Source: Acidobacteriota bacterium (lineage in GTDB: Bacteria; Acidobacteriota; UBA6911; RPQK01; JAJDTT01). From it: 64,000 nucleotides of DNA. This document shows, in pieces, positions 9,728 through 20,440 of this stretch; the stretch's first letter is position 1; the number at the start of each line of letters is the position of its first letter. The notes under the pieces were generated by a model. That model did no database searches. It was not told the origin of the DNA and was given only the letters and a program-made list of their open reading frames with translations. The stretch lies in contig CBDCJH010000002.1 in NCBI GenBank assembly GCA_965217775.1, positions 5,184,001 through 5,248,000 of the forward strand, read 5' to 3'. A program made the position numbers and the translations under genes.

Positions 9728-10213
9728 TCACCCCTGCGGACGGTAGAGCGTCACCAGGCAACCTCCCAGGGCGGCCAGCAAGATGCCCAGGACAAACGGC
9801 CACTGGATACTGGAGATTCCGCCCGGCGGCGGATGTCTAACCATGGAAGCGAACGCGTTGACGATGGGCGCTCCGGCGAAGACGATGGCCATGACCACAC
9901 TGGGAGAGCCCTTGGCTCCGAAGGCCAGGAGGACTCCGAAGGCTCCGACAGCTCCCAGGATTCCAGCCACGAGTGACAAGCCCATTCCCGGCGCCGGATA
10001 GCTCCAGTCCGCCCCCTGGCTCTTCAGAACCAGCAGCGGAGCCAGGACGGCGATCAGAAAATAGGCCAGACCGACGAAGAGGAAGGCCTTGTAACGCCCG
10101 TTCACCGGGTCCCCCATGGCCACCTGCCCGGCATGGAGAAGGGTGCCGTACATGCCCCAGCAAAACACCGTCATCATCGCGAAGCCGAGCCAAGCCAGTC
10201 CGGTACTTGTCAT
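9728..10213 (-). CDS. Small integral membrane protein (DMT/EamA-like, about 5 TM)
   Basis: Hydrophobic helices, WGMYG, FAGAPIVNA. ATG at 10213. Confidence 0.7.
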   Translation of the reverse strand: MTSTGLAWLGFAMMTVFCWGMYGTLLHAGQVAMGDPVNGRYKAFLFVGLAYFLIAVLAPLLVLKSQGADWSYPAPGMGLSLVAGILGAVGAFGVLLAFGAKGSPSVVMAIVFAGAPIVNAFASMVRHPPPGGISSIQWPFVLGILLAALGGCLVTLYRPQG

Positions 10214-10259
10214 GAAATTCCTCCTTGATTGGATAGGGAGTATAGCCCGAATTTTTCCC

Positions 10260-10369
10260 AGGAGGGGGGACATTCTTGTCCCCCTCTTCATCCTTGTGCC
10301 CTTCTTTAATTATTGTCCCCACTCTTCATCGCGGACCCGGAATCGGGGGTTGCAAACCCCCGCTCCTAC
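10260..10369. repeat. REP-like palindrome pair
   Basis: GGGGGACATTCTTGTCCCCC-TCTTCATCC (near-copy at 31381-31416) and an inverted GTAG-type unit GGGGGTTGCAAACCCCCGCTCCTAC. Confidence 0.55.
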
Positions 10370-11526
10370 CCGAGCCTGAAGTCCAAGAGGATCGGGTCGT
10401 GATCCGACAGCTTGCCGAAATCCTTCTCGAGTCCGCCGATCACCCGTGGAGGGGAATGGGGATCGGGAAGGATCCCCTTGCCGCCGAACCAGTCCAGCTT
10501 CATGGAACATCGGCCTTGATGGTCCTTCAGGGCCCAGTCGATGAACCAGAAGCACCAATTGGGGATCCACTCGGTCATGTTCCGGTTCGTGGCCAGATTC
10601 GCGGCGTCGTAGTGGAGGGTGCAGACACCCATCCGGTTCAGGTCCCGATAGCGGTAGCCTCGCTTCTCCAGTTCCCGGAAGAGGCGCCGTTCAAACCAGC
10701 GTTCCGGATAGGGATAGTGATGGTCCAGGACGTTGTCGATCCCCATGAGGACCCGCCGGGCGTAGCCGAGTATCGAATATACGGCGCGCCGGGCATGGTG
10801 GGTGGACGTGTTCCAGTCTCCTCCGATGAGCACCGGCAGCGAAGGGTGCCAGCCATGGAGATGGTCCAGCAACAGGCACATCTGCAGATGCCGATGCGCC
10901 TGGCTGGAATGGGCGTCCAAGTGGAGGCTGACGGCACGGAATCGTCCCAGCGGATGCTCGACCAGACCCAGGATCGCCCGCTGGCACCCCAGGCGTTTCT
11001 CCTTCCCCCTCATCTTGTCCTTGCCGTTGGGAAGGGGTAGCGCATGGGGCTCCGAAACCGGATGCCTCGAGAGCAGCGCGTTCCCGTGCAGAGCCTGGGA
11101 ATTCTCACCCGGCGCCTCGTTTTCCAGACCGGCCCCCTTGTCCAGATTGAGATAGCTGGGGACGAAGACGTAGGTCATCCCGAGTTTCCGGGCCAGCTCG
11201 CGGGTCACGTGGAGATTTCCGGTTCGGGCCATTCCGTAGTCCAGTTCCGTCACCAAGAGAATGTCGGCTTCCCGCAAGTGCGGATGTTCCCGGAGAGCGC
11301 GGGTCAGGCCGGGTAACTCCAGGCCGCGTTCGATATTCCAGGCGACCGCGCGGACCGAGCTCCTGTCCGGTCCCGAATGCGGTGCCGGGTCTTCACCGGT
11401 CTCGACGGTATTCAGGACCCGGTCTATTTCCGGCCGGAGCCGGCGATAGAGGGGAGAGGACTCCAGACTGCCGGTCGAAGGGATCTGCCTCAGTTGGGGG
11501 AAGTAGCGGTTGATGGAGTGGTCCAT
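10366..11526 (-). CDS. Endonuclease/exonuclease/phosphatase family protein
   Basis: AWNIERG, ELD, HGNALLS, IGGDWNT, KLDW, SDHDP. Confidence 0.9.
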   Translation of the reverse strand: MDHSINRYFPQLRQIPSTGSLESSPLYRRLRPEIDRVLNTVETGEDPAPHSGPDRSSVRAVAWNIERGLELPGLTRALREHPHLREADILLVTELDYGMARTGNLHVTRELARKLGMTYVFVPSYLNLDKGAGLENEAPGENSQALHGNALLSRHPVSEPHALPLPNGKDKMRGKEKRLGCQRAILGLVEHPLGRFRAVSLHLDAHSSQAHRHLQMCLLLDHLHGWHPSLPVLIGGDWNTSTHHARRAVYSILGYARRVLMGIDNVLDHHYPYPERWFERRLFRELEKRGYRYRDLNRMGVCTLHYDAANLATNRNMTEWIPNWCFWFIDWALKDHQGRCSMKLDWFGGKGILPDPHSPPRVIGGLEKDFGKLSDHDPILLDFRLG

Positions 11527-11584
11527 CAGCCCGTATCCCGGGGAGGGGGTTCGAATCCGCGATTGTCATCCCGGACCGGTTTTC

Positions 11585-12031
11585 TCACCAGAGTGCTCCG
11601 GAAACGGAATCCCCTTCCAGAAGCAGAAGCACGAAGATGACGAAATTGATGGCGTGCGAAGTGAAGCAGAGGACGCAGGGAACCCGGGTCAGGAACAGCA
11701 GGGAGTAGGTGAGAAACAGCCCCAGGAGAACCGTGACTAGACTTGCCAGCAGTGACAAGTGGAAGATGGGAAAGGTGAAGAGGAAGCCCTCCAAGGTCCC
11801 GGCGGCGATGAACGGGTAGAAGAGTTGCGCCAGAACCGAGTTGGGGACTCCGAAGACACGGGCCCGGGGTGTGAAGACGATGGTGGCGCAGGTCTTTTCT
11901 CCCATCCTGCAGAAGCTGGGAATCCAGGCGGCGTCCGGACGTATCCAGCGGTAGGCCACGGCCGTGAAATAGGATGAGATGATGAAGCCTGCCAGTGACA
12001 GGACGACCAGCAGCAAAGAAGGCCAACTCAT
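11585..12031 (-). CDS. Vitamin K epoxide reductase (VKOR) family membrane protein
   Basis: C-x6-C loop (CRMGEKTC), ARVFGVPNS, CVLC redox motif and TM helices. Confidence 0.85.
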   Translation of the reverse strand: MSWPSLLLVVLSLAGFIISSYFTAVAYRWIRPDAAWIPSFCRMGEKTCATIVFTPRARVFGVPNSVLAQLFYPFIAAGTLEGFLFTFPIFHLSLLASLVTVLLGLFLTYSLLFLTRVPCVLCFTSHAINFVIFVLLLLEGDSVSGALW

Positions 12032-12067
12032 GCCTGCCGCCCGCCTCTCGCGTTTCTCCGCCGCCCC

Positions 12068-13645
12068 ATGGTGGGACGCATTGTATCCCCCCATTGGCCC
12101 CGGGTGCAGCGTGCAGGCCCTCGAATTCGGCGGGGAGCACGGATCTTGAACAAGGTCCGGGCGGGTCGGCTCCAAGTCCTGACACTGGATGCCGGGACTT
12201 CTTCCTTACGGGCTCAGGTGTGGGGAGTGGACGGGCGTCCCCTGCCTGAAATCGGCGCCCGGGCCCACTATCGCCTTTGGACCGACCCGGAGGGCGGGGC
12301 TTGGCTGGAGCCGGAGGAGGTCCTTTCGGCCGTGACCGAAGCGCTCGACGAGACGGTGGCTCGAGCCGAGTCCCGGGACGCCCGGATCGCCGCCGTCGCC
12401 CTGGACACGCTCTCTCCCACACTCCTCGGAGTGGACGAGCAGGGCCGCCCGCTGACGCCGATCTACACCTATGCCGACACCCGCAGCCGGCAGGCCGCCG
12501 CCGACCTCAGGCAAAGGCTGGATCCAGCGGAGGTCCACGAGCGCACGGGCTGTCCCATCCACAGCAGCTATCTGCCCTCCCGCCTCCTCTGGCTGGAACG
12601 GAGCCGGCCCCGGCTCTTTTCCCGAGTCGCCCTCTGGATGACCCTGGGCGAATTTCTCTATTCGCGATTCTTTCGGACCTGCGGTGTGAGCTATTCCGCG
12701 GCCTCCTGGAGCGGCCTCCTGAACCGCCACCTCTTGGACTGGGACGAGTCCTGGATTTCGTTCCTCCCGATCCGGCGGACTCAGCTCTCGCCGCTTCGCG
12801 ATTGCACGGAACCGTTCATGGGCCTGCGTGATCCCTGGGCCCGGCGCTGGCCGGTCCTGGCCCGAGTCCCCTGGTTCCCGGCGGTGGGAGACGGGGCCGC
12901 CGCCAACGTGGGCAGCGGCTGCATACGATCGGACCGGGTGGCCCTCACCATCGGCTCCACCGGAGCGATCCGGGCGGTCCTGGATCGCCCGGCCTCCCCA
13001 CTTCCGGCCGGTCTCTGGAGCTACCTGATCGATGCCGGCCGCCCCCTCCTGGGCGGAGCCACCACCGAGGGGGGTAGCGTCTTCTCGTGGTTGACCAGCC
13101 GGCTCCAGGTCGATTTCGAACCGGACCGCCTCGAAGCCGAGTTGCAAGCCATGGAGCCGGCGGCCCACGGCCTGGTCTTCCTGCCGTTCCTGGCGGGAGA
13201 AAGGAGCCCCGGATGGCGTGACGAAGCCCGCGGAAGCCTGGTGGGATTGACGCTGTCGACACGGCCGGTGGAAATCGTCCGGGCGGCTCTGGAATCGATC
13301 GCCTACCGGCTCTGTCTGATCTACCGCCTCATGGAGCCCCACTTGTCCCGGCAACACGAGATCATCGGCGGGGGCGCGGGGTTGCTCTCCTCCCCCGCCT
13401 GGCTCCGGATCCTGGCCGACGTCCTCGGCCGCCGCGTCATCGCCTGCGCCGAGCCCGAAGTGACGGGCCGGGGAACCACCCTGCTGGCGCTCGAGTCCCT
13501 GGGTCTGGTTCCGGACCTGGAGGAGGTCCCGCCAATGATGGGAAGAAGTTACGATCCCGACCCCGAGCGCAGCCGCCGTCACCGCGAGGCGATGGAACGG
13601 CATCTGGAGCTTTACCAGCGTCTGGTCGGCTTCGCGCTAGAATAG
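12068..13645 (+). CDS. gntK: Gluconokinase (FGGY family); true start may be near 12146
   Basis: LDAGTSSLRA, TYADTRS, RTGCPIH, GDGAAANVGSG, FLAGERSPGW. Directly upstream of gnd. Confidence 0.85.
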   Translation: MVGRIVSPHWPRVQRAGPRIRRGARILNKVRAGRLQVLTLDAGTSSLRAQVWGVDGRPLPEIGARAHYRLWTDPEGGAWLEPEEVLSAVTEALDETVARAESRDARIAAVALDTLSPTLLGVDEQGRPLTPIYTYADTRSRQAAADLRQRLDPAEVHERTGCPIHSSYLPSRLLWLERSRPRLFSRVALWMTLGEFLYSRFFRTCGVSYSAASWSGLLNRHLLDWDESWISFLPIRRTQLSPLRDCTEPFMGLRDPWARRWPVLARVPWFPAVGDGAAANVGSGCIRSDRVALTIGSTGAIRAVLDRPASPLPAGLWSYLIDAGRPLLGGATTEGGSVFSWLTSRLQVDFEPDRLEAELQAMEPAAHGLVFLPFLAGERSPGWRDEARGSLVGLTLSTRPVEIVRAALESIAYRLCLIYRLMEPHLSRQHEIIGGGAGLLSSPAWLRILADVLGRRVIACAEPEVTGRGTTLLALESLGLVPDLEEVPPMMGRSYDPDPERSRRHREAMERHLELYQRLVGFALE

Positions 13646-13678
13646 GGAACTCGTCGAACAGGACAGGAGAAAACGAAG

Positions 13679-15103
13679 ATGGAAACCAAGGCGGATATCG
13701 GACTCGTCGGGTTGGCAGTCATGGGCCAAAACTTGGTCCTGAACATGAATGATCATGGCTATACGGTGGCGGTCTTCAACCGGACGGTCTCCAAAGTGGA
13801 CGACTTCCTCTCGGGGGAGGCTCGGGGAACGAAGGTTCTGGGGGCTCATTCCCTGGACGAACTTGTCCGGATGCTCAAACGGCCGCGGCGGGTCATGCTC
13901 ATGGTCAAGGCCGGCTGGCCCGTCGACGAATTCATCCGGCAGCTCCTGGACCATCTGGAGCCGGGAGACATCATCATCGACGGCGGGAACTCCAACTACG
14001 AAGACACCCGCCGGCGGGTCTCCCTGGTGGAGTCCAAGGGTCTTCTGTATATCGGAACCGGCGTCTCCGGCGGCGAGGAGGGAGCCCGGCTGGGGCCCTC
14101 CATCATGCCCGGCGGATCCGCCGAGGCCTGGCCTCAGGTCCGGCCCCTCTTCCAGGCTGTGGCGGCCAAGGTGGACGGAGGCGAACCCTGCTGCGAATGG
14201 GTAGGCGACGACGGCGCCGGGCACTTCGTCAAGATGGTCCACAACGGCATCGAATACGGAGACATGCAGCTCATCTGCGAGGCTTACCATCTGATGAAGG
14301 CGGGATTGGCAATGCCCGCGGACGAGATCAGCCGCGTCTTCGCCCGCTGGAACCGGGGGAGGCTGGATTCCTACCTGATCCGGATCACCCGGGACATATT
14401 GGCGGTTAAGGATGACGACGGCGGTCCGCTGGTGGAAAAAGTCCTGGATACCGCGGGTCAGAAGGGAACCGGACGGTGGACCGTGATCTCGGCGTTGAAT
14501 ATGGGGGTGCCTCTCACTCTCATCGGCGAAGCGGTCCTGGCGCGGGCCCTGTCGGCCATCAAGGAGGATCGGGTCGAAGCTTCCCAGGTGCTGACCGGCC
14601 CCGCTGGCTCCGGCGCCGCGCCTGCAAGGGACCTGGTCGATGACCTGGAGCAAGCCCTCTACGCGTCCAAGATCGTCTCCTACACGCAGGGGTATCAATT
14701 GATGCGGGCGGCGGCAGCCGAATACGGTTGGAACCTGGATTTCGGGGGCATCGCCCTGATGTGGAGAGGGGGTTGCATTATCCGTTCCGTCTTCCTGGGG
14801 AAGATCAAGGAGGCCTTCGACCGGGAGCCGGCTCTGAAGAACCTACTGCTGGATCCCTATTTCAAGGAGCAGGTGGAGGGTGCCCAGGAGTCGTGGCGCC
14901 GCGTCGTCTCCCGGGCGGTCCGCTGGGGAATCCCGGTCCCGGCGACCTCCAGCGCCTTGGCCTTCTATGACGGCTACCGGCAAGCCTGGCTCCCCGCCAA
15001 CCTCCTGCAGTCCCAGCGGGATTACTTCGGCGCTCACACCTACGAGCGCGTGGACCGGCCCCGAGGCGAGTTCTTCCATACTCGTTGGACGGAATCGGGA
15101 TAG
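13679..15103 (+). CDS. gnd: 6-phosphogluconate dehydrogenase, decarboxylating
   Basis: IGLVGLAVMGQNL, GVSGGEEGA, KMVHNGIEYGDMQLI, QRDYFGAHTYER. Confidence 0.97.
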   Translation: METKADIGLVGLAVMGQNLVLNMNDHGYTVAVFNRTVSKVDDFLSGEARGTKVLGAHSLDELVRMLKRPRRVMLMVKAGWPVDEFIRQLLDHLEPGDIIIDGGNSNYEDTRRRVSLVESKGLLYIGTGVSGGEEGARLGPSIMPGGSAEAWPQVRPLFQAVAAKVDGGEPCCEWVGDDGAGHFVKMVHNGIEYGDMQLICEAYHLMKAGLAMPADEISRVFARWNRGRLDSYLIRITRDILAVKDDDGGPLVEKVLDTAGQKGTGRWTVISALNMGVPLTLIGEAVLARALSAIKEDRVEASQVLTGPAGSGAAPARDLVDDLEQALYASKIVSYTQGYQLMRAAAAEYGWNLDFGGIALMWRGGCIIRSVFLGKIKEAFDREPALKNLLLDPYFKEQVEGAQESWRRVVSRAVRWGIPVPATSSALAFYDGYRQAWLPANLLQSQRDYFGAHTYERVDRPRGEFFHTRWTESG

Positions 15104-15142
15104 GTTATCGGGACGGTGGTCGCTGGGGACACGGCCGCGGCC

Positions 15143-16033
15143 TCACACTAGCCCCTGGAAGGCTCGAAACAGGGTCCGATAGTATCGCATCACCCGGATC
15201 GGATCGGTGCTCTCGGGGATCTCGGCCAGGCAGTAGCCCGGATATTCCATCTCTCTGAGCAGACGGAACAGGAGCCGCCACGGGTACTCTTCGACGAAGA
15301 GGTCCCGCATGTGGACCAGCGAGATCCGGTCCTTGATCCGGTTGAAGTTGGTCTCCACTCCCCCGTCCAAAAGATCCGTCTTGTTGGAGTTCCAGCAGAT
15401 CCGGACGTTGTCGTGATCCGCGTAGTCCAGCATCTTCCGGATGCGGGGGATGCGGCCGGTCTCGCGTCCGTGAACCTCCATCCGGATCTGCACGCCCCAG
15501 CCGTTGCCGTAGGCTCCGCATTCCCTCAGGGCCAGTCCGATCTGTTCCAGGGTCTTCTCCTCCGGGACCCCCTCGGGAAGACCGTTGGGGCGCACCTTGA
15601 CGCCGGGTGCGCCGACGTCGTGGGCCAGCCGGACGAAGGCCTTGGTCTCTTCGATGTTGCGGCGCAGGACTTCCGGATCGGGCGAGTGATACTCGCAAGC
15701 GCTGCCCAGGCCCACCAGGCGGACCGGTGAATCCTGAAATCGTATCATGACTTCCCGGCGCTTCTCGGGAGAAATGTCGATCTCGACGCCGTGGGCGTGG
15801 GTGCTCCGCAGCTCGACCCCCTCGAAACCGGTTTCGGCGCAGTTGCGGATGAGCGTCTCCAGATCCCAGCTCCGGCCCAGGTTGTAGGTCACCGTCCCCA
15901 GACGCAGGGGAGGCTTCCGGGCGAGCTGCCGGGTCGCAACGGGCAAGGCGGAAGTTTCTCCGGTCCGGAGTCCGGCCGGCACCGATGCCGCCGCTGCACC
16001 CAGAAATCGTCTTCTCTTCATGGTTCTCTCCAT
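15143..16033 (-). CDS. Tat-exported sugar-phosphate isomerase/epimerase-like TIM barrel
   Basis: MKRRRFLG twin-arginine signal, GFEGVELR, MEVHG, VHMRD. Confidence 0.85.
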   Translation of the reverse strand: MERTMKRRRFLGAAAASVPAGLRTGETSALPVATRQLARKPPLRLGTVTYNLGRSWDLETLIRNCAETGFEGVELRSTHAHGVEIDISPEKRREVMIRFQDSPVRLVGLGSACEYHSPDPEVLRRNIEETKAFVRLAHDVGAPGVKVRPNGLPEGVPEEKTLEQIGLALRECGAYGNGWGVQIRMEVHGRETGRIPRIRKMLDYADHDNVRICWNSNKTDLLDGGVETNFNRIKDRISLVHMRDLFVEEYPWRLLFRLLREMEYPGYCLAEIPESTDPIRVMRYYRTLFRAFQGLV

Positions 16034-16059
16034 GATTGCGCTACCGTGCGGACTCGGTG

Positions 16060-16599
16060 TTACTGGTGCCCCGCCGCCAGCAATTCCTGATAGCTTCTGA
16101 TGACGCCACCGCGGCTCTCTTGGAATTCCAGAGCGCTCCGGCGGTCCTTGAAGGCGACCAGGCCGGGCAGGCACCGGTCCCAGGCCAGAGTGTACTGGTG
16201 GCCGGATCCATCTTCCCGGGGCCGTTCCAGCGAGCAGCATTGGCGAATCGAGCTGTCTTCGACGTAGACGGCCTGCTCGGCGGGGAGGAGCTCTCCGGTG
16301 GCGACGTCTCCAATCCACGCCTCTTTCACCCGGTGGCCGTTCAGCTCCTGGTAATGGAGCCCGCAACGGGGACAGCAGACGTCGATGTCCTCTCCTCCGG
16401 AAAGTACGATTCGGTAGGTCGAGTCTCCATGCAGAGGTCTCTGGCAGACGGCGCAGGTTCCCGTCTCCAGCGTGTACAGGAAATAGCCGCTGCCGGCCAG
16501 CAGCAATATCAAGAGTATGAGCGCAGTTCCTCGAAGCACCTGGGAGCCTCTTCCGGCACGCTTGGCCGGAGCGTCGGGCGGCGGCCCATTTTCCTTCAT
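16060..16599 (-). CDS. NosL-like Cys-rich membrane-anchored metal-binding protein
   Basis: TM anchor, CAVC, CCPRC, CC, AVYV, AFKDRRSALEFQESRGG. Last gene of the cus operon. Confidence 0.65.
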   Translation of the reverse strand: MKENGPPPDAPAKRAGRGSQVLRGTALILLILLLAGSGYFLYTLETGTCAVCQRPLHGDSTYRIVLSGGEDIDVCCPRCGLHYQELNGHRVKEAWIGDVATGELLPAEQAVYVEDSSIRQCCSLERPREDGSGHQYTLAWDRCLPGLVAFKDRRSALEFQESRGGVIRSYQELLAAGHQ

Positions 16600-16638
16600 G
16601 GCACAGTCACCCTGGGGGCCGGTCTACGCTTGCCGAGA

Positions 16639-17319
16639 TTACGGCAGCTCGCGGCGAAGTTTCTCATAGTATGCTTGATTCAGAGGCTCCTTGAGTTGAA
16701 AGCGAAAGACCCGCATCTTGTCGAAGTTGCGGCGGTTCTCTTCGTAGGTCCGGATCTCCAGCTCGTACCGTTGCGACGACCAGACGTTGGCCACGTCCCG
16801 ATCCTTTCTCCATTTCCTCGAATCCGACGAGTCCTCGCTGTCGTAGACGATGGTCTCCGGGCCGAAATAGAGTGTGCCTTCGCAGCCTCCGAGAGTGTGC
16901 TTGTGTTTGGCCGGGACCTGGTACTCGGCGTCGATGGGGTCGGTGACGCGATCGGTCACCGGTTTCTTCAGCTTGCCGGAGATGAGCGACAGCGTCCGGT
17001 CGGAAAATGTCTGATCAGGAGACAGCAGCTCGAAGTCGAAGACCTTGTCCTGGCCCAGACGGAGCTTCTGGTCTTCGTAGGTGAGCACGCTCAGGCGAGA
17101 GGGGGACTTGCGGTCGACGCTCTGAATGTCTTGCCAGACCCACTTCCGGTTGTGGCCCATCTTTTTCGGCGACCGGTATTCGATCCCCTCCTGGTCGATG
17201 ATCAATTCGCCTTCGCACTTGCCCCAGGGATCGTGGTCGTGCCTGACCCGAATCGAATCTCCCCAGGCGCCGGTGGCGAAACAGAGCAGTGTCAGGAGAG
17301 CGAACGGACTTTGCTTCAT
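16639..17319 (-). CDS. Secreted hypothetical protein with two similar beta domains
   Basis: Signal peptide and internal repeat HDHDPWGKCEGEL / HKHTLGGCEGTL. Overlaps the cusA stop. Confidence 0.7.
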   Translation of the reverse strand: MKQSPFALLTLLCFATGAWGDSIRVRHDHDPWGKCEGELIIDQEGIEYRSPKKMGHNRKWVWQDIQSVDRKSPSRLSVLTYEDQKLRLGQDKVFDFELLSPDQTFSDRTLSLISGKLKKPVTDRVTDPIDAEYQVPAKHKHTLGGCEGTLYFGPETIVYDSEDSSDSRKWRKDRDVANVWSSQRYELEIRTYEENRRNFDKMRVFRFQLKEPLNQAYYEKLRRELP

Positions 17320-20300
17320 TTCAGCTTCCAACCCTTCCAGATGTAGTAGATGACGGGGTAGACACAGAGTTCCAGGAGGACGGAAGTCGTCACTCCTCCG
17401 ACCATGGGTGCGGCGATTCTCTTCATGACGTCCGCGCCGGCTCCATGGCTCCACATGATGGGAATGAGACCCGCGAGGATGATGCAGGCTGTCATCACCT
17501 TGGGGCGCACACGGTGGACCGCGCCTTCGCGGATGCTTTCGGTCAGATCCGAAGGGGAGCGCATGCGTCCCGCACGGACTGCCTTCCCGTAGGCCACGTT
17601 CAGGTAGAGTAACATCACCACGCCGGTTTCCGCATCCAGTCCCATCAGGGCGATGATCCCGACCCAGACCGCAACGCTCATGTTGTAGTCGAGCAGATAG
17701 AGCAGCCAGAACGCTCCCACCAGGGAGAAGGGGACCGCCAGAAACACGATGGCCGTCTCGAAAACGGACCGCGTGTTCAGGTAGATGATCACGAAGACGA
17801 TCAACAGGGTCATGGGGATCACGGCCATGAGATGCTGGCGGGTCCGCACCATGTGCTCGTACTGGCCGCTCCAGACGACGTTGTATCCGTCGGGAACGTC
17901 GACCTGGCCCGCGACCGCCTGCCGCGCCATCTTCACGTAGCTCCCCACGTCGATGTCTGCAAGGTCGACGTAGATCCAGGCGTTGGGGCGGGAATTCTCG
18001 GTCTTGATGGAAGACGGCCCCTTCCGAATTCGGATGGAGGCCAACTGTCCCATGGGGATCTGCGATCCGCGGGGTGTGGGAACCAGGATTTCCCGCAGGG
18101 CGGGAAGGTTGTCCCGCAATTCCCGGCTGTAGCGCAGATTCACCGGATAGCGTTCCAGACCCTCGACGGTGGTGGTGATGTTCATTCCGCCGATGGCCGA
18201 CTGGATCACGTCCTGGACGTCGCCCACGGTGAGCCCGTAGCGGGCAATGGCGTCCCGCCGGATGTCGAAGTCCAGGTAGTTGCCCTCCATGACGCGCTCC
18301 GAGTAGACGGAGAGGGTGCCGGGCAGGCGGCGGACCACCGCCTCGATCTCCTGCCCCAGGTTCTGGAGCACGGAAAGGTCCGGTCCCGACAACTTGATCC
18401 CGACCGGGGTCTTGATTCCGGTGGAGAGCATGGCGATCCGGGTCTTGATGGGCATGGTCCAGGTGTTGGTGAGCCCGGGGAACTGAATCGCCTGGTTCAA
18501 CTCATCTATGAGGGTGTCCGGGGTCATGCCGGGGCGCCACTCGGACTCGGGTTTGAGCATGATGGTGGTCTCGATCATGCTCAGGGGGGCGGGGTCGGTG
18601 GCCGTGTCGGCTCGCCCGATCTTTCCGAAGACGCGGTCGACCTCGGGAAAGCTGGCGATGATCCTGTCAGTCCGCTGCAGGATCTCCCGGGCCTTGGTGG
18701 TGGAAATTCCGGGCAGGGTGGTGGGCATGTAGAGCAGGTCGCCTTCGTAGAGGGGCGGCATGAACTCGGATCCCAGGCGGGAGTAGGGAAACCAGGTCAA
18801 CCCCAGGGTCCCGGCGGTGAGGAGCAGGACCGTCCACTTCCACCTCAGCAGGAGACGGAGCACCGGGTCGTAGAGCCGGATCAGGATACGGCTGAGGGGA
18901 TTCCTCCTCTCGGAACGGATCCGGCCCCGAATCCAGTAACCCATGAGGACCGGTACCAGAGTGATCGCCAGAATCGAAGCCGCCGCCATGGACCAGGTCT
19001 TGGTGAAGGCCAACGGCTTGAAGAGCCTCCCTTCCTGGGCCTCCAGCGTGAAGACGGGAATGAAGGAGACGGTGATGACCAGCATGGCGAAGAAGAGGGT
19101 GGGGCCGACCTCCTTGGAGGCCTCGGCGATGATCTGCCAGTGGTCCTTGCGTCCACGATCCGCCTCCAGGTGCTTGTGGGCGTTCTCGATCATGATGACG
19201 GCGCCGTCGACCATGGCCCCGATGGCGATGGCGATGCCCCCCAGAGACATGATGTTGGCGTCGATCCCCTGCTGCTCCATGACGATGAAGGAGATCAGGA
19301 CCGCCACCGGCAAGGTGATGATGGCCACCAGCGAGGAGCGCAAATGGAGTAGAAACAGGATGCACACCAGGGCGACCGCCAGCCCCTCTTCCAGGAGTTT
19401 CTCCCCCAGTGTCTTCACCGCCCGTTCGATCAGAGCCGACCGGTCGTAGACGGTCAGGATCTCGACGTCCCCGGGCAGACCCTGGCGCAGCTCCTCCAAC
19501 TTCTCCTTGACTCCTTGAATGACCTGGTGGGTATTGGCCCCGGACCGCACCACGACGATTCCGCCGACCACCTCTCCCTCGCCGTTGAATTCGGCGATCC
19601 CCCGCCGCATTTCGGGTCCCATCCGGACCGTGGCCACGTCTCTCAGGAGAATCGGCGTTCCGGCCGGCGACACCGCCAACGCAATCTCCCGGAGGTCCGC
19701 CAGGTTCCGGATATATCCTCGGCCACGGATCATGAACTCGGTTTCCGACATCTCCAGGACCCGTCCCCCCACTTCGCTGTTGCTCCGCTGAACGGCCTGG
19801 CGAATCCGGGAGATGGGAATGTCGTAGGCTCGGAGCCTGTTGGGGTCCACGGTGATCTGGTACTGCTTGACGAAGCCGCCGACGCTCGCGACTTCCGACA
19901 CGCCGTCGACCGAGGTGAGCTCGTACTTGAGGAACCAGTCCTGGAGGCTGCGAAGCTCGGCCAGGTTTCTCCGTTCCGACTTGAGGACGTACATGAAGGC
20001 CCACCCGACGCCGCTGGCGTCCGGTCCCAGGGTGGGACTCACTCCTTCGGGCAGACGGGTGCTGACGTAGTTCAGGGACTCCAGCACCCGGCTCCGGGCC
20101 CAGTACATGTCGGTCCCGTCTTCGAAGATGACGTAGACGAAGGAATAACCGAAGAAAGAGTACCCCCGCACGGCTTTCGAATAGGGTACGGAGAGCATCT
20201 GGGTGGTGATGGGGTAGGTCAACTGGTCTTCCACCACCTGTGGAGCCTGGCCCGGGTATTCGGCGTAAATGATGACCTGGACGTCCGAGAGGTCCGGAAT

Positions 20301-20414
20301 GGCGTCCAGGGGGGTCTGCCGGAAGGAATAGAGTCCGGCGATGATGACGAAAGCGGTGGCCACGATGACCAGGAGGCGGTTTTCCAGGGACCAGTCAATG
20401 ATTTTTCCAAGCAT
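17316..20414 (-). CDS. cusA: Cu(I)/Ag(I) efflux RND permease
   Basis: LDAIPDLSDVQVI, WARSRVLE, GSEFMPPLYEGDLLYMP, MKRIAAPMVGG. Confidence 0.96.
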   Translation of the reverse strand: MLGKIIDWSLENRLLVIVATAFVIIAGLYSFRQTPLDAIPDLSDVQVIIYAEYPGQAPQVVEDQLTYPITTQMLSVPYSKAVRGYSFFGYSFVYVIFEDGTDMYWARSRVLESLNYVSTRLPEGVSPTLGPDASGVGWAFMYVLKSERRNLAELRSLQDWFLKYELTSVDGVSEVASVGGFVKQYQITVDPNRLRAYDIPISRIRQAVQRSNSEVGGRVLEMSETEFMIRGRGYIRNLADLREIALAVSPAGTPILLRDVATVRMGPEMRRGIAEFNGEGEVVGGIVVVRSGANTHQVIQGVKEKLEELRQGLPGDVEILTVYDRSALIERAVKTLGEKLLEEGLAVALVCILFLLHLRSSLVAIITLPVAVLISFIVMEQQGIDANIMSLGGIAIAIGAMVDGAVIMIENAHKHLEADRGRKDHWQIIAEASKEVGPTLFFAMLVITVSFIPVFTLEAQEGRLFKPLAFTKTWSMAAASILAITLVPVLMGYWIRGRIRSERRNPLSRILIRLYDPVLRLLLRWKWTVLLLTAGTLGLTWFPYSRLGSEFMPPLYEGDLLYMPTTLPGISTTKAREILQRTDRIIASFPEVDRVFGKIGRADTATDPAPLSMIETTIMLKPESEWRPGMTPDTLIDELNQAIQFPGLTNTWTMPIKTRIAMLSTGIKTPVGIKLSGPDLSVLQNLGQEIEAVVRRLPGTLSVYSERVMEGNYLDFDIRRDAIARYGLTVGDVQDVIQSAIGGMNITTTVEGLERYPVNLRYSRELRDNLPALREILVPTPRGSQIPMGQLASIRIRKGPSSIKTENSRPNAWIYVDLADIDVGSYVKMARQAVAGQVDVPDGYNVVWSGQYEHMVRTRQHLMAVIPMTLLIVFVIIYLNTRSVFETAIVFLAVPFSLVGAFWLLYLLDYNMSVAVWVGIIALMGLDAETGVVMLLYLNVAYGKAVRAGRMRSPSDLTESIREGAVHRVRPKVMTACIILAGLIPIMWSHGAGADVMKRIAAPMVGGVTTSVLLELCVYPVIYYIWKGWKLK

Positions 20415-20440
20415 TTCTCAGATCACCGTGGGTTGGACCT

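Noticed and set aside
11545-11560. GGTTCGAATCC T-loop-like sequence
   Set aside because: No cloverleaf surrounds it. It is more likely a degenerate REP-like palindrome.
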